Positions 42,232-52,334 are shown, counted from the stretch's first letter. The stretch: DNA of 64,000 nt from Myxococcota bacterium (GCA_039028615.1 JBCCHT010000004.1:32001-96000), one strand, 5' to 3'. The notes: generated by a model not told the origin, from the sequence alone. Numbers and translations: made by a program.

Positions 42232-42843
42232 ATGAGCAGTGGCAGCGACGAAGTCGGCGGGCGGCGAAAAGCTCGGCAACAACTGGTGTCGTCGTTGGCC
42301 GATGGCTTGGCGGCTCGCCATTCACTCAACGAGCTCCGTCAGCGTGCGAGCGACACCTTCGCCCCGCCCGACAAGCCCAAGGCGGATGCCTACGGCGAAT
42401 CCAACCCGCTCTACGACCTCGTGCGGCTCGGGTTCCAGACGACTCGCGAGCTGCTCGAGATCCAGGTCCGCGCCAACCGGCAGCTCACCAAGCTCGTGCA
42501 AGGCTGGACCTCGAACAAGACGTTCGAACACGACGGTGCGTTCGTTCGGATCGGTGCCGACAATCGTGGGACCTTCGAGCTCAGCAACGACACCAATGTG
42601 GCCGTGACCGTCATCCTCCCGGAGCAGCTCCGCCTGCGCCGCTCGGGAGACGCCGAACCGGTGGTGGTGCTCGTTCAGGGAGCGGGGGGCAAGCTCGCTC
42701 CGTGTGCGCAGGGTTCGTTCCCGTTCACCCTCGAACATACGCTCGAGCCCGGGACATGGATCGGCGAGCTGGAAGTCGCGACCGATGCCGGGGACTGCGT
42801 CGCGATTCCCGTGCTCGTGACCGCGGGGACCCCATCGAAGTGA
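42232..42843 (+). CDS. Hypothetical protein (helical N-terminus, Ig-like beta C-terminus)
   Basis: First gene of the coupled operon; its TGA overlaps the next GTG. Confidence 0.65.
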   Translation: MSSGSDEVGGRRKARQQLVSSLADGLAARHSLNELRQRASDTFAPPDKPKADAYGESNPLYDLVRLGFQTTRELLEIQVRANRQLTKLVQGWTSNKTFEHDGAFVRIGADNRGTFELSNDTNVAVTVILPEQLRLRRSGDAEPVVVLVQGAGGKLAPCAQGSFPFTLEHTLEPGTWIGELEVATDAGDCVAIPVLVTAGTPSK

Positions 42844-43220
42844 CCGCCGAGTCGTCCGAAGCGCCCCCCGTCTTTCACCTCCGTGGGGACGACGAGTTGG
42901 CGTCGCTCCTGCGGCGCTTCCAGATGCTGTTGCTCGAGCATCCGGTCGCGGCTCAGCGTCTGTTCGGGGCGTTCGTCGCCGAGGGACGTCGCTTCGCCGA
43001 GACCGAAGAAGGCCGAGCGTGGCAAAATCGTCTACAGAGTTCGGAACTCGTCCATCGAGCCCGGGTGGCGTGGGACGTGGTGACCCTGCGAATGCTGGAG
43101 CCCGACCCCGATGCCGTGTTGCCGTCGGCGCTGCTCGATGCGTTCGTCCGCACCGCCGCCGTCGATGGCCTCGAGCCCATGCTGTCCAAGTTGTTCGAGG
43201 AGGGCCTGTTCGGTGAGTGA
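42840..43220 (+). CDS. Hypothetical helical protein
   Basis: GTGA overlap with the upstream gene; natural-looking sequence (LLLEHPVAAQRLF.AFVAEGRRFAET.EGRAW). Confidence 0.7.
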   Translation: MTAESSEAPPVFHLRGDDELASLLRRFQMLLLEHPVAAQRLFGAFVAEGRRFAETEEGRAWQNRLQSSELVHRARVAWDVVTLRMLEPDPDAVLPSALLDAFVRTAAVDGLEPMLSKLFEEGLFGE

Positions 43221-43515
43221 CTCCGAGCCGGTCTTGCAGCGTCGCCACCCGCGGTACTCGGAGCGCAACCTCTTGCTCTGGCTCGCGCTGGGTGGGCTGA
43301 GCCTAGGACGAAAGCTGGATGGGCTCCTCGAGCGCCATGGCCAGCCCTCCGATGAGCGAGAAGACCTGCCCGAAGACGATCCCACGCTGCTCGCCACGCT
43401 CGGGCTGATCGCGTTGCGGCAGCAGCTCGAGACCGAGCTGCGGCGCTCCAGCGAAGCCCCCGGCAAACCCGAGTCAGCATCCTCTTCGCGTCTTCCCCCC
43501 GGCCTCCTGCGATGA
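43213..43515 (+). CDS. Hypothetical small protein with two short hydrophobic segments
   Basis: Overlaps the upstream stop by 8 bp and the downstream ATG by 4 bp. Confidence 0.55.
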   Translation: MSDSEPVLQRRHPRYSERNLLLWLALGGLSLGRKLDGLLERHGQPSDEREDLPEDDPTLLATLGLIALRQQLETELRRSSEAPGKPESASSSRLPPGLLR

Positions 43516-44555
43516 ATGCGGCTGCACTCGATGTAGTCCGGCGCGCCGTCGCGCGGGGTGACTACTTTCGCGGCTCCGCGGCGCACCTCGGAGCGAAGGC
43601 CGGACACAAGGAGTGGATGCACTTCGCCGTGTATGCGCCGGGACTCGACCTGCTGGTCAACTACAGCGTGGTCGACGACGTCCGCTCCAACGCCAAGGAG
43701 GCACCCTCGCTCGCTCGGCTCGTGTACATCGCTCGCACCGATCGGTGGCAAGGCGAAGTCGAGCAGGTCTCTCGGGCCACGCTCGGGCTGGGCCGTATCG
43801 AAGCTCGATTCGACCAGAGCACGCTGACCTTCGATGGCCACGAGTATCACCTCGAGGTTCGCCCCCGGCGAGGGTGGCTCGAGGCTGACCTACGCCTCGA
43901 GCCGGTCACCGTCCCTTCGCTCATCCAAAACGTGGACGTCGGCGACGGGCCGCCCATCCACTGGCTCGTGGTTCCCCGCCTGCATGCCTCGGGCTGGGTT
44001 CGCGTGCACGACCGCAAGTTCGAGCTCGACCGAGCGCCCGCCTACCACGATCACAACTGGGGGTCGTTTCGGTGGGGTCGAGACTTCGCCTGGGAGTGGG
44101 GCTTCGGCTTGCCGCCCCGAGCCGACAACCCATGGTCCAGCGTCTTCGTGCGCCTCAGCGATCGGGGTCTCACGCATACTCTGATGCAGGGGTTGTTCCT
44201 GTGGAAAGGCGTACGCGAGCAGCGGGTCTTTCGGGGGCACGAGCTGCGCATCACTCGGGAAGGGCTGCTGCGGGCCGATCGGGTCTGCAAGCTCCCGGGC
44301 GCGATGGGGTTGCTGTCGCCGGGCACGGCGACCGATGTGCCACAGCGGCTGCGGCTGCGCGCCGAAGGCCGCGGTGACCGTGTCGATGCGGTCTTCACCT
44401 CCGCCGAGATTGCCCAGGTCATCATCCCCAACGATGACGACGACGGGGTGACCATCATCAACGAAGTGGCCGGGCGGTTCGAGCTCGAGGGGCGGGTCCG
44501 CGGCGAAGCGGTCGCCATCGAAGGTCCCGCCGTATTCGAGTTCTTGGGGCGGTGA
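43512..44555 (+). CDS. CrtC/tocopherol-cyclase/AttH-like protein (putative hydratase or cyclase)
   Basis: KEWMHF near the N-terminus and AYHDHNWG...FAWEWG in the second half; beta-rich. Confidence 0.6.
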   Translation: MNAAALDVVRRAVARGDYFRGSAAHLGAKAGHKEWMHFAVYAPGLDLLVNYSVVDDVRSNAKEAPSLARLVYIARTDRWQGEVEQVSRATLGLGRIEARFDQSTLTFDGHEYHLEVRPRRGWLEADLRLEPVTVPSLIQNVDVGDGPPIHWLVVPRLHASGWVRVHDRKFELDRAPAYHDHNWGSFRWGRDFAWEWGFGLPPRADNPWSSVFVRLSDRGLTHTLMQGLFLWKGVREQRVFRGHELRITREGLLRADRVCKLPGAMGLLSPGTATDVPQRLRLRAEGRGDRVDAVFTSAEIAQVIIPNDDDDGVTIINEVAGRFELEGRVRGEAVAIEGPAVFEFLGR

Positions 44556-44556
44556 G

Positions 44557-44970
44557 ATGAGCTTTCAGCGTCAGTTGGTTCAGTCGCTCGACGTGCTCGA
44601 ACGCGAAGCCCCCGACCATGCGGGCCGATGCCGTGCGGCGTTCGGTGACCGGACCGTCGCGATCCATGTGGATGACGAGCAGGTCACGGTGCGAGCCGAG
44701 GGTACGCGCTGGAGTATCGGGGTCGACGCGGTAGAGGATCCCGCGGTCGAAGCCAGGACCACGAGCGCCACGATCGTGGAGCTGCTCGACGGACGGTTCG
44801 CGCTCGAGGAGGCGATCTTGGATGGTTCGGTGGCGCTGCGCGGTGCGGTGACCGACCTGCTCGCGTTCCACCAGGCGCTCACCACCTACGTCAACGGAGC
44901 GGTGCGAGCCCCGTCGTTTCCAGGGCTCTTTCGGGCGTTTCGGAGAAGTGTGGAGGACGAGTCGACATGA
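44557..44970 (+). CDS. SCP2 (sterol carrier protein 2)-like lipid-binding protein
   Basis: TIVELLDGRFALEEAILDGSVALRGAVTDLLAF matches the SCP2 C-terminal pattern; 137 aa. Confidence 0.65.
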   Translation: MSFQRQLVQSLDVLEREAPDHAGRCRAAFGDRTVAIHVDDEQVTVRAEGTRWSIGVDAVEDPAVEARTTSATIVELLDGRFALEEAILDGSVALRGAVTDLLAFHQALTTYVNGAVRAPSFPGLFRAFRRSVEDEST

Positions 44971-47684
44971 GCAAGACAAAGCGGTCGAAGAAGGTCACGG
45001 TCTTCGGAGCGGGTATTTCCGGGCTCACCGTCGCTCACGAGCTGGTCGAGCGCGGGTTCGAGGTCGAGGTGTACGAGCCACGCATAGACCATCGGCCGAC
45101 CCGTGCGCTCCCCTATACAGGGTCGAAGCCCGATCCTCGTCCCGACATCGGGGGCATGGCCCGGACCCAGTGGTGCCGAGTGCCCTCGGGTCGATTCGAG
45201 CTGAACGATGGCAAGGTCACCCTCCGCGGCCCGGGAGCCATCCGCATGGAAGACTTCGCGGGCGAGGAATCAACATCGCGCATTGCGGCGATACTCGAGC
45301 GACCGGACTCGCAGCATGCCCTCCAAAAGGCGCTCCAGTGGTCGCTGACGCCTCCAGAGCGAGTGGCAGCCGAAGATCTGAAGTTGCGCGAGATAGACGA
45401 GTGGAACGACGACACACCTCTACCCGAGAACATCACCGAGAAGCTCGCTCCGATCGTCGAGTATCTCCGGCAGCATTTCGACACCATCGCAGATGAGATT
45501 CAATCTCCACTCGTCGAGATCGTCTACGTCACGGGAACCGCGGGCCAGACAGACGTCGAGCGCGACTCCGCATTCGAAGCGTGGAGCGACGCAGGCTGGG
45601 AAGCCGCGAGAGCCATGTACGCAATCTCGCTCATGCTCGACAGAGGAGATGCGCCATACACCGTCACGTGGGACAGCGAGTCTCTTTTCCCCGTCGCGTA
45701 TCTCGAGGGCCGGCCATTCGCCGTGTTCCTGCCGCGCGAGCTCGACCCCAACGAGGTCGACGAGCCTCGGCCCGACAGAACCACGATCGGAGTGAGCATC
45801 GACCACACTGTCGTTCCCGGCGAACACGGCTACCGCTTCTACCCGAACTTCTACGCGCACCTATTGGAGACCATGCGTCGCATTCCGATCTACCGGAGAC
45901 GGAAAGCGACGATGCAAGAGTACTTCAACAAGTGGCACGACCCAAATCTGCCCGACGCGATTCCGAGGGCGCAGACCCTCGAAGAGACGGGGCGCACGGT
46001 CGCGGACAACCTGGTCTCCGTCGGGCTCACGGGAATTGCCGCGCGTGATGGCAAAAAGCCGATCGCACTCAAACGGGTCAAATCGAGTTCGTTCCGTGAC
46101 TTGTTCACGGTGCTCGATGCCCTCCAGGGCTCCATGGGACTGACGATGCGAGACATCGTGCTCATGCAGCTGGCGATGATGCGCTACATGCTGAGTGGGC
46201 CACGACGCCGCACACTGCTCGAAGACAAGACGTGGGCGGGATACCTCGGCATCCCAGCGCTCGAAGACAAAGAGACCCCGAGCAAGTTCTCCAAGGCGTT
46301 CCGCAAGGCGATGCGGTATTGGCCGCGCGCACTCATCGGCCTCGATGCCTACGAAATCGACGCTCGCACCTTCGGCAGCATCACCACCCAGATGCTGCTG
46401 GACCAGCTTCGCTCCGAGTTCGAGGGTATCGACCGTACGCTCAATGGCCCCACGACCGAGGGATTTCTCGATCCGTGGCGAGAGTACCTCGAAGTCCAAG
46501 GGGTCCAATTCAAGGTCGGCGGCTGTGAGTCGCTCGAGTTCGACGACGACGGAGAACTCGTGTTCAAGATGACGAAAGACCAGGACGGCGAAGGTGACAG
46601 CCGCGACGGCTATGTCGTGCTCGCAGTCCCCCCTCAGGCCGCGCAACGAGCGGCCAGCCACCTGCTATCGACGAGGGGCGACACCGACACCGAGCTCAAC
46701 CCAACGCTCGAGGCCGTGGCAGGACTCCTGCTTCCCGACGCGCCCGAGCAACATCGCCAACAACAACCGCTGGGCCCCGACGAAGAGGGTTCCCCCCTGC
46801 GGCACTTCAGCGGGATCCAGTACTACCTGGCGCAGGAGTACAGCATGATTCGCGGGCACACCTACCTCGCCGAGTCGGAGTGGGGCCTGTCGCTCATCTC
46901 CCAGCGCCAGTTCTGGCGGCGTCGCTTCCGAAGCAACGAGCCCATCCGGGGCATCTTGTCGGTGGTCATCGGTGACTGGAAAACGCCGGCCGCCAGCGGA
47001 CCCGCAGCAGGCAAGTCGGCGTGGCAATGCACGGCTCAGGAAATCGCGGAGCAGATCTGGCACCAGCTCAAGCTCGGCTACCCCAAGTCCTTCGACGGTC
47101 CCCGACAGCCACCACCACCCATCGCGTGGCACCTGGACGACGAGATCCACCTCGACGACGACGACAAGCCGATCCGCAACGAGTCGCCGTTCCTGGTCAA
47201 CCTCGAGGGCCACTACGCAGCATGGCCGGGAACTCCAGAGGCCTACGAGGTCGTGTCCGATCGCCTCGTGTTCTGCGGAACCTACATGAAGACCTTCACC
47301 CGTCTGAACACGATGGAGGCCGCCTGCGAATCCGGCCGCCATGCAAGCGCGGCGATCATCGACCACTACGAGGGAGGCTCGGCCGGCACCACCGAGGGCT
47401 CGAAGCCCTTCGTGCGCAACCCGGAAGACCACGAGCTACCCAACGTCGACCTGCTCAAGGACCTCGACGACGAGCTGTGCGCGCGGGGCTTGCCCCATAT
47501 GCTCGACATCCTCCAGGTGGACGCCGCCATCGAGTCGCTGTTCGAGTCGCAGTCGGTCGCCCAGGGAGACGCGAAGCCCTCCACGCTGCTCACCGCGGTG
47601 CTGGCCTCGCTCGCGAGTTCCTCTGGGCTCGGCACCACGGGTCTCCAGGCCATGCTCGACCTGCTCAAGACGCGCCTCAACTGA
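44967..47684 (+). CDS. Large FAD-dependent oxidoreductase (flavin amine oxidase / carotenoid desaturase-like), paralog B
   Basis: VTVFGAGISGLTVAHELVERG, GGMARTQW, PGEHGYRFYPNFY, NTMEAACESGRHA; long near-identical blocks shared with 36749..39484. Confidence 0.85.
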   Translation: MSKTKRSKKVTVFGAGISGLTVAHELVERGFEVEVYEPRIDHRPTRALPYTGSKPDPRPDIGGMARTQWCRVPSGRFELNDGKVTLRGPGAIRMEDFAGEESTSRIAAILERPDSQHALQKALQWSLTPPERVAAEDLKLREIDEWNDDTPLPENITEKLAPIVEYLRQHFDTIADEIQSPLVEIVYVTGTAGQTDVERDSAFEAWSDAGWEAARAMYAISLMLDRGDAPYTVTWDSESLFPVAYLEGRPFAVFLPRELDPNEVDEPRPDRTTIGVSIDHTVVPGEHGYRFYPNFYAHLLETMRRIPIYRRRKATMQEYFNKWHDPNLPDAIPRAQTLEETGRTVADNLVSVGLTGIAARDGKKPIALKRVKSSSFRDLFTVLDALQGSMGLTMRDIVLMQLAMMRYMLSGPRRRTLLEDKTWAGYLGIPALEDKETPSKFSKAFRKAMRYWPRALIGLDAYEIDARTFGSITTQMLLDQLRSEFEGIDRTLNGPTTEGFLDPWREYLEVQGVQFKVGGCESLEFDDDGELVFKMTKDQDGEGDSRDGYVVLAVPPQAAQRAASHLLSTRGDTDTELNPTLEAVAGLLLPDAPEQHRQQQPLGPDEEGSPLRHFSGIQYYLAQEYSMIRGHTYLAESEWGLSLISQRQFWRRRFRSNEPIRGILSVVIGDWKTPAASGPAAGKSAWQCTAQEIAEQIWHQLKLGYPKSFDGPRQPPPPIAWHLDDEIHLDDDDKPIRNESPFLVNLEGHYAAWPGTPEAYEVVSDRLVFCGTYMKTFTRLNTMEAACESGRHASAAIIDHYEGGSAGTTEGSKPFVRNPEDHELPNVDLLKDLDDELCARGLPHMLDILQVDAAIESLFESQSVAQGDAKPSTLLTAVLASLASSSGLGTTGLQAMLDLLKTRLN

Positions 47685-50600
47685 CGCCGAAGCCCGGCAC
47701 CAGCAACGCCGCCATGCGGCCGGTCGAGCGCACACCGTGCTCTTCCAGCCATTGCCCCGCGGTCTCGCTATCACCGTCATCACCGCGCAACCGCCCTCGT
47801 TGCCACCGACACGCCTCGCGTATCGCCGCCATCCCGGCCTCGTCCAGCAGCTCCATCGCTTCGCCGAGCAGCGTCGACGCTCGTTCCTCGTCGCCAACCC
47901 GTGCCGCCATCCCGGCCCGCAACGTCGCCGCGAGGCCCCGCCCCGGACCGATGCTCGCCCGCTCGACACGGTTCGCCATTCGTTCGACCTCACGACCCAT
48001 GCTGCGATCGAAGCCTTGCCGAGCCAGCACGACGCGGGCCCTCAGGTGCCAAAGCAAGGTCCCGGCCGTCTCGTGGACGAGGAACTGCCCGTCCTTCATC
48101 ACCTGCCACTGCGTGTCGACCTGACGCCATGCCTCTTCGACGTCACCGCGATACAGAGCGATCTGCACCGAAGAGTTGAAGTGATGGTAGCGATGCAGGT
48201 GATACGGCGCGTTGGGCCAGCTTCCCTCCGCGGCCGCGCTCGCGTCTCGAGCTTCGTCCTCGCCGCCCTGCGCCAGCCGGTACAGCGTCGTATCGCCGAG
48301 TCGGTAGAAGTTCGCCGCAAACAGGTCACCGCGGCGCAGGGCATCCTCGAGCGCCTCGGGGACCAGCTCGGCGAGCCGAGCAAACTCGCCGCAGTAGGCC
48401 ATGGCGGTGAAAGCATGCACGCGGCCGATCGCGATCTCCCAGAACTTCCCGGGCACACCGTCGAGCAGTGCGTCGACGCAGCGGAGGTTGTTGTCGATCG
48501 ATGCCCGCCAACGACCACGGTTCCAGTCGCACACGCCCTGATAGCCATGGGCCATCGCGCGGGGGAAGGGGTCGTCGATGGACGCCACGCGATCGTGCAT
48601 CGCCTCCATCAACGCGTCGGACCGCCGCGTGAAGAACTTCCCGCCCAGGGCCGACTCGAAGGTCGCCTCGTTCCCGAGCGCCCGCGCGACCTGCCAGCCA
48701 TCTCCTTCTCGCAGCGCTCCGTACAAGAAGCGCCCGCCGAGGGCATGCGCCACGGTGAAATCGGTCATCGCGAGGCAGTGAGAGGCTCGCCACAAGATCT
48801 CGAGCCGCGGGGGTGCGGGTTGCTGGGCAGCGGGGAGCTTCTTCTGAAAGAAGCGGCCGCCGCGTAGCAGGAACCAGACTCTCCAGACCATGCCGACGAT
48901 CAACGCCCAGCGCGGAGACATCGAGGCCTTCGCCCCCACTCGCTGAAGCGCTCCGTCGAGCAACGGCGCCCCTTCGTCCGCCCGCCCGCTTCGCACCAAG
49001 TGCTCCGCCGCACTGAGCAGCAGGTCCTCCCGCCGCGCGGGGGTGGACGCACGTCGAGCGGCCTGCTGAAAGGCATCAGCCGCGCGCTCGCCTCGGCCCG
49101 CGTCGACCCACGCCCTCGCCTTCGAGTCCCATAGCTGTACGACATCGTCAGCGTCGGGCTCCAGCTCGATGGCACGACCGTAGAACTCCGCCGCCGTCTC
49201 GAACGCCAAGCTCCTATCGGCTCGGGAAGCCGCCGCCAATGCCCAACGCCGGGCCTCCGGACGTCGCTGCGCCTGGTCGTAGTGGTGAAACACGACCGCG
49301 GGCTCGACCGTCTCCGCGTCGTGTTCGTACGCCGCCGCCAACCCACCGTGGATGTCGCGCCGGGTCCCGTCGTCGATCGCCTGCACGACGGCATCGCCGA
49401 TGCGCGGGTGAGCCATCGCCACCTGCGAGGCGGTGCCTGGCCCTCGCCGCACCAGGCCGTAGCGCTCGAGCGCATGGACCCACGCCTCGGAGGAGCCTTT
49501 GCCGAGCGCGCGCTCGAGCACCGCCGTTTCGACGGGACGCTGCGCCACCGCGACCACCCCCACCATGTCGCGCTCGACCGGCTCGAGGTGGGCGATCCGC
49601 CCTTGCACCAGCTCCTGCATGGCCGCGAGCCGATCCGACGGGCTTCGCAGCACCCGTTGGTAGGCACCATGTCGCGCCAGCGCGCTCGCCAACAAGGGGG
49701 AGCCCGCCGCTTGTTCGACGATGCGAGCCACCGTATCGGGCTCCACCTCCGCCCCGAGGATGTCCTTTGCGATGGCAGCAATGGCGTCATCGGACAAGGG
49801 CTCGAGCTCGAGGGTCACCTGCTCCACGCTCGAGTCGGCGGGCAATGTCAGCTCGACGAGCGGCTCGTCGCTCCGCTGCACGACCCACAGCTCGAGGCCG
49901 GTGGCGTGACCCGACAAGGCGGTCAGCAGCGTACGGCTGGAGGCATCGGCCCACTGCGCCTCGTCGACCACCATCACCACCCGCCGCTCGCGACACGACT
50001 CCGCGAACAGCTCGGCGAGCGCCTCGGTCGCCCGGCGCCCCGCCTCCACCGGGTCTGGTAACGAAGGCGGCGGGGACTCGCTCAGCGCAGGAAAGAGCCG
50101 ACTCGCCTCGACCATGGCCGCGGTGGGCTTCGATGGATCCAACATCGCGGCCAGCCGATCCATGGCGCGATCCATCGCGTTGTGGGGCACCCGCTCGGCG
50201 GGACTGCACTGCCCCTCGAGGACCCAGGCTCCGTCCTCGGCCAGCCTTCGACCCGCCTGCCGCACGAGCTCCGACTTCCCCGTGCCGGGCGGGCCCTGCA
50301 CCAGGACCAAGCGGCCGGCCGCGGGTGCGGACGCGAGCAGAAGCTCGAGTTCATCGGTCCGCCCCACGAACCCGATTTCGCTCCGACCCGCGACATCGGG
50401 AGGCGGGGCCGCACTCGTCAGCCGACGTGCGTCAGCGAGACACCGCAGGACCTCCTCGTGCCCAGGGCGCGCGTTGGGATCGGGCTGGAGCATTCGATCG
50501 ACGAGCGTCCGCAGCCATGGCGCACACTCGACGTCGGCGGGAATCGTGGGCGTGGCCGACCCCCGGGCGGTCAGCCCCGCCGCGCCTTCTTCGAAGGGCA

Positions 50601-51192
50601 GCTCGCCGCACAAGGCCTGGTACAGACACAGGCCGGCGCTGTACCAGTCCGACCGCGGCTGGGACTTGCCCCACATCACCTCGGGCGCCATGTAATCGAT
50701 GGTTCCCGCCAGCTCGGCGTCCTGGCGCCCCCGTGTCTTGCGAGCGAGATCGAAGTCCACCAACACCACCCGGTCTTCGTGGGTGACCAGTGCGTTCGCC
50801 GGCTTCACGTCGCGATGCTGCAGCCCCACGGAGTGAACGGCAGCGATGGCTTCCAGCAGCTGAGCCCCCAACCGCTCGACCCGTGCCGCCTGCCCTTCAC
50901 AGGCATCGACGAACGATCGCCCCTCGATGAGCTCCATGGTGAAGGCACAGTGCCCGTCGTCGACGAACAGCTCGAACACCTGCACGACATGGGGATGGCC
51001 GAGGTCCCGAAGCAGCCGGAACTCCTCTTTGAGGCGAGCCCGCTGCTCGGCCGACGACGCGAACAAGGCCTTGAGCGCGACGACACGCTCGCTGGACCGC
51101 TCCGCCACCCGATGCACGACCCCCGTCGCTCCGCGGCCGAGCTCCCCACGGACTTCGTAGCGAGACAGGAGGGGGCCGAGTTCTTCAGGCAT
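47677..51192 (-). CDS. Ser/Thr kinase fused to AAA/STAND-like ATPase and helical repeats
   Basis: LGRGATGVV, VALK, HRDVKPAN, DFD, GTIDYMAPE; FVGRTDEL, GPPGTGKS, VVDEAQWAD. Confidence 0.88.
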   Translation of the reverse strand: MPEELGPLLSRYEVRGELGRGATGVVHRVAERSSERVVALKALFASSAEQRARLKEEFRLLRDLGHPHVVQVFELFVDDGHCAFTMELIEGRSFVDACEGQAARVERLGAQLLEAIAAVHSVGLQHRDVKPANALVTHEDRVVLVDFDLARKTRGRQDAELAGTIDYMAPEVMWGKSQPRSDWYSAGLCLYQALCGELPFEEGAAGLTARGSATPTIPADVECAPWLRTLVDRMLQPDPNARPGHEEVLRCLADARRLTSAAPPPDVAGRSEIGFVGRTDELELLLASAPAAGRLVLVQGPPGTGKSELVRQAGRRLAEDGAWVLEGQCSPAERVPHNAMDRAMDRLAAMLDPSKPTAAMVEASRLFPALSESPPPSLPDPVEAGRRATEALAELFAESCRERRVVMVVDEAQWADASSRTLLTALSGHATGLELWVVQRSDEPLVELTLPADSSVEQVTLELEPLSDDAIAAIAKDILGAEVEPDTVARIVEQAAGSPLLASALARHGAYQRVLRSPSDRLAAMQELVQGRIAHLEPVERDMVGVVAVAQRPVETAVLERALGKGSSEAWVHALERYGLVRRGPGTASQVAMAHPRIGDAVVQAIDDGTRRDIHGGLAAAYEHDAETVEPAVVFHHYDQAQRRPEARRWALAAASRADRSLAFETAAEFYGRAIELEPDADDVVQLWDSKARAWVDAGRGERAADAFQQAARRASTPARREDLLLSAAEHLVRSGRADEGAPLLDGALQRVGAKASMSPRWALIVGMVWRVWFLLRGGRFFQKKLPAAQQPAPPRLEILWRASHCLAMTDFTVAHALGGRFLYGALREGDGWQVARALGNEATFESALGGKFFTRRSDALMEAMHDRVASIDDPFPRAMAHGYQGVCDWNRGRWRASIDNNLRCVDALLDGVPGKFWEIAIGRVHAFTAMAYCGEFARLAELVPEALEDALRRGDLFAANFYRLGDTTLYRLAQGGEDEARDASAAAEGSWPNAPYHLHRYHHFNSSVQIALYRGDVEEAWRQVDTQWQVMKDGQFLVHETAGTLLWHLRARVVLARQGFDRSMGREVERMANRVERASIGPGRGLAATLRAGMAARVGDEERASTLLGEAMELLDEAGMAAIREACRWQRGRLRGDDGDSETAGQWLEEHGVRSTGRMAALLVPGFGVS

Positions 51193-52334
51193 CACGGGGC
51201 GGGGACCCGGTAGCGCAGGATCTGGCTCATCTGCGCGTCGCTGAACATCGACATCAGCGGACCGACCATGCGATCGCGGAGCCGTGAGCCCAACGTCGTC
51301 CCTGGCCCAGCCGCGGCCTTCGCCACCGCGCGCGACAGCTCGGTGATGACGGCCACCCGCACTCGTCGCGCGTTCTCCCAGGCGCAGAGGTCGGTGGCCC
51401 CGCCCTTGCCTACGTGATGGGCGAGCGAGACCGCGTCCTCGATGCCCATGCACGCCCCTTGGCCGAGGTCGGGGGTCATGACATGGGCCGCATCGCCGAT
51501 CAACGCCACGCGCCCCGCCGTCCATCGCTCGCGCACGGGTCGATCCTCGATCGGCATCCAGCCCACATGCTCGTCGATGCCCGCGAGGATCGACGAGATG
51601 GGGGGAGGCGCACCCGCGAAGGCACGCTGCACCGCCGTCTTCACCTCGCAGCTCTCCAATGTCGCGTGGGTCTGTTTGCCGATGGCGACCGCCCAGTAGA
51701 CTCGATCGCCTCCGAGCGGGGAGATCCAGACGCGGCGGTCGTGCCCCAACGTGATCGTCGAGCACCCGATCGACTGCGGCGAGATTCCGACGCCCGGACA
51801 GTTTGCGTAGCCGAAGGCCCAGTACTGCCCGATCGAGCGGGAGCAGCCGCTGCCGTGCATCAGCTGCCGAACCGAAGAAGCACGCCCATCGGCGCCCACC
51901 AGCAAATCGACCCGCGTCGTGTCACCATCCTCGAACGCCAGCTCGACCCCGTCGTCCGCCTGGCAAAAGCGCCACAGGACCTTCTCCGTGGGTTCCGAAT
52001 CACCCCGAATCACCTCGAGCAACCGCGTGCGATCGACCAGGACCGAAGGCGCGCCATGGGTCGCCCCGAGCCGAGCCACGGGCATCGTCCACAGCGGCTC
52101 ACCTTCCCAGGACCGGAACTCCATCGCGTGCTGAACCGTACCCGCGGCGATGGTGGGCGCGGCCAGGCCCAGGGTCCCCAGCGCGTTGCAGGCGTTCGTC
52201 CATAGATAGAGCGCGCCCGGGGCAGGCGAAGCGGAGCGATCGAACCATCGCACCTCGGCCCCGACCGCCGTAAACGCTCGCGCAGCCAACGACCCCGCAA
52301 TGCCTCCACCGATGATCCCGACCGTGACCGCCAC
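51192..52334 (-). CDS. FAD-dependent monooxygenase (class A)
   Basis: GGGIAG, LVGADG, LIGDAAHVMTPDLGQGACMGIEDA; TGA overlaps the kinase ATG. Start uncertain (52334-52379). Confidence 0.88.
   Translation of the reverse strand: MAVTVGIIGGGIAGSLAARAFTAVGAEVRWFDRSASPAPGALYLWTNACNALGTLGLAAPTIAAGTVQHAMEFRSWEGEPLWTMPVARLGATHGAPSVLVDRTRLLEVIRGDSEPTEKVLWRFCQADDGVELAFEDGDTTRVDLLVGADGRASSVRQLMHGSGCSRSIGQYWAFGYANCPGVGISPQSIGCSTITLGHDRRVWISPLGGDRVYWAVAIGKQTHATLESCEVKTAVQRAFAGAPPPISSILAGIDEHVGWMPIEDRPVRERWTAGRVALIGDAAHVMTPDLGQGACMGIEDAVSLAHHVGKGGATDLCAWENARRVRVAVITELSRAVAKAAAGPGTTLGSRLRDRMVGPLMSMFSDAQMSQILRYRVPAP

Noticed and set aside
41077..47684. Canonical carotenoid or hopanoid cluster (crtE/B/I, hpnCDE)
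   Set aside because: No phytoene/squalene synthase or cyclase, and the flavoproteins are much larger than CrtI or HpnE, so no gene symbols were assigned.
51193..51765. N-terminal extension of the kinase-ATPase given by the ORF track (similar extensions at 6114, 1678, 39586, 42025)
   Set aside because: They overlap neighbouring genes and have off-frame composition; downstream starts with coupling or signal peptides fit better.
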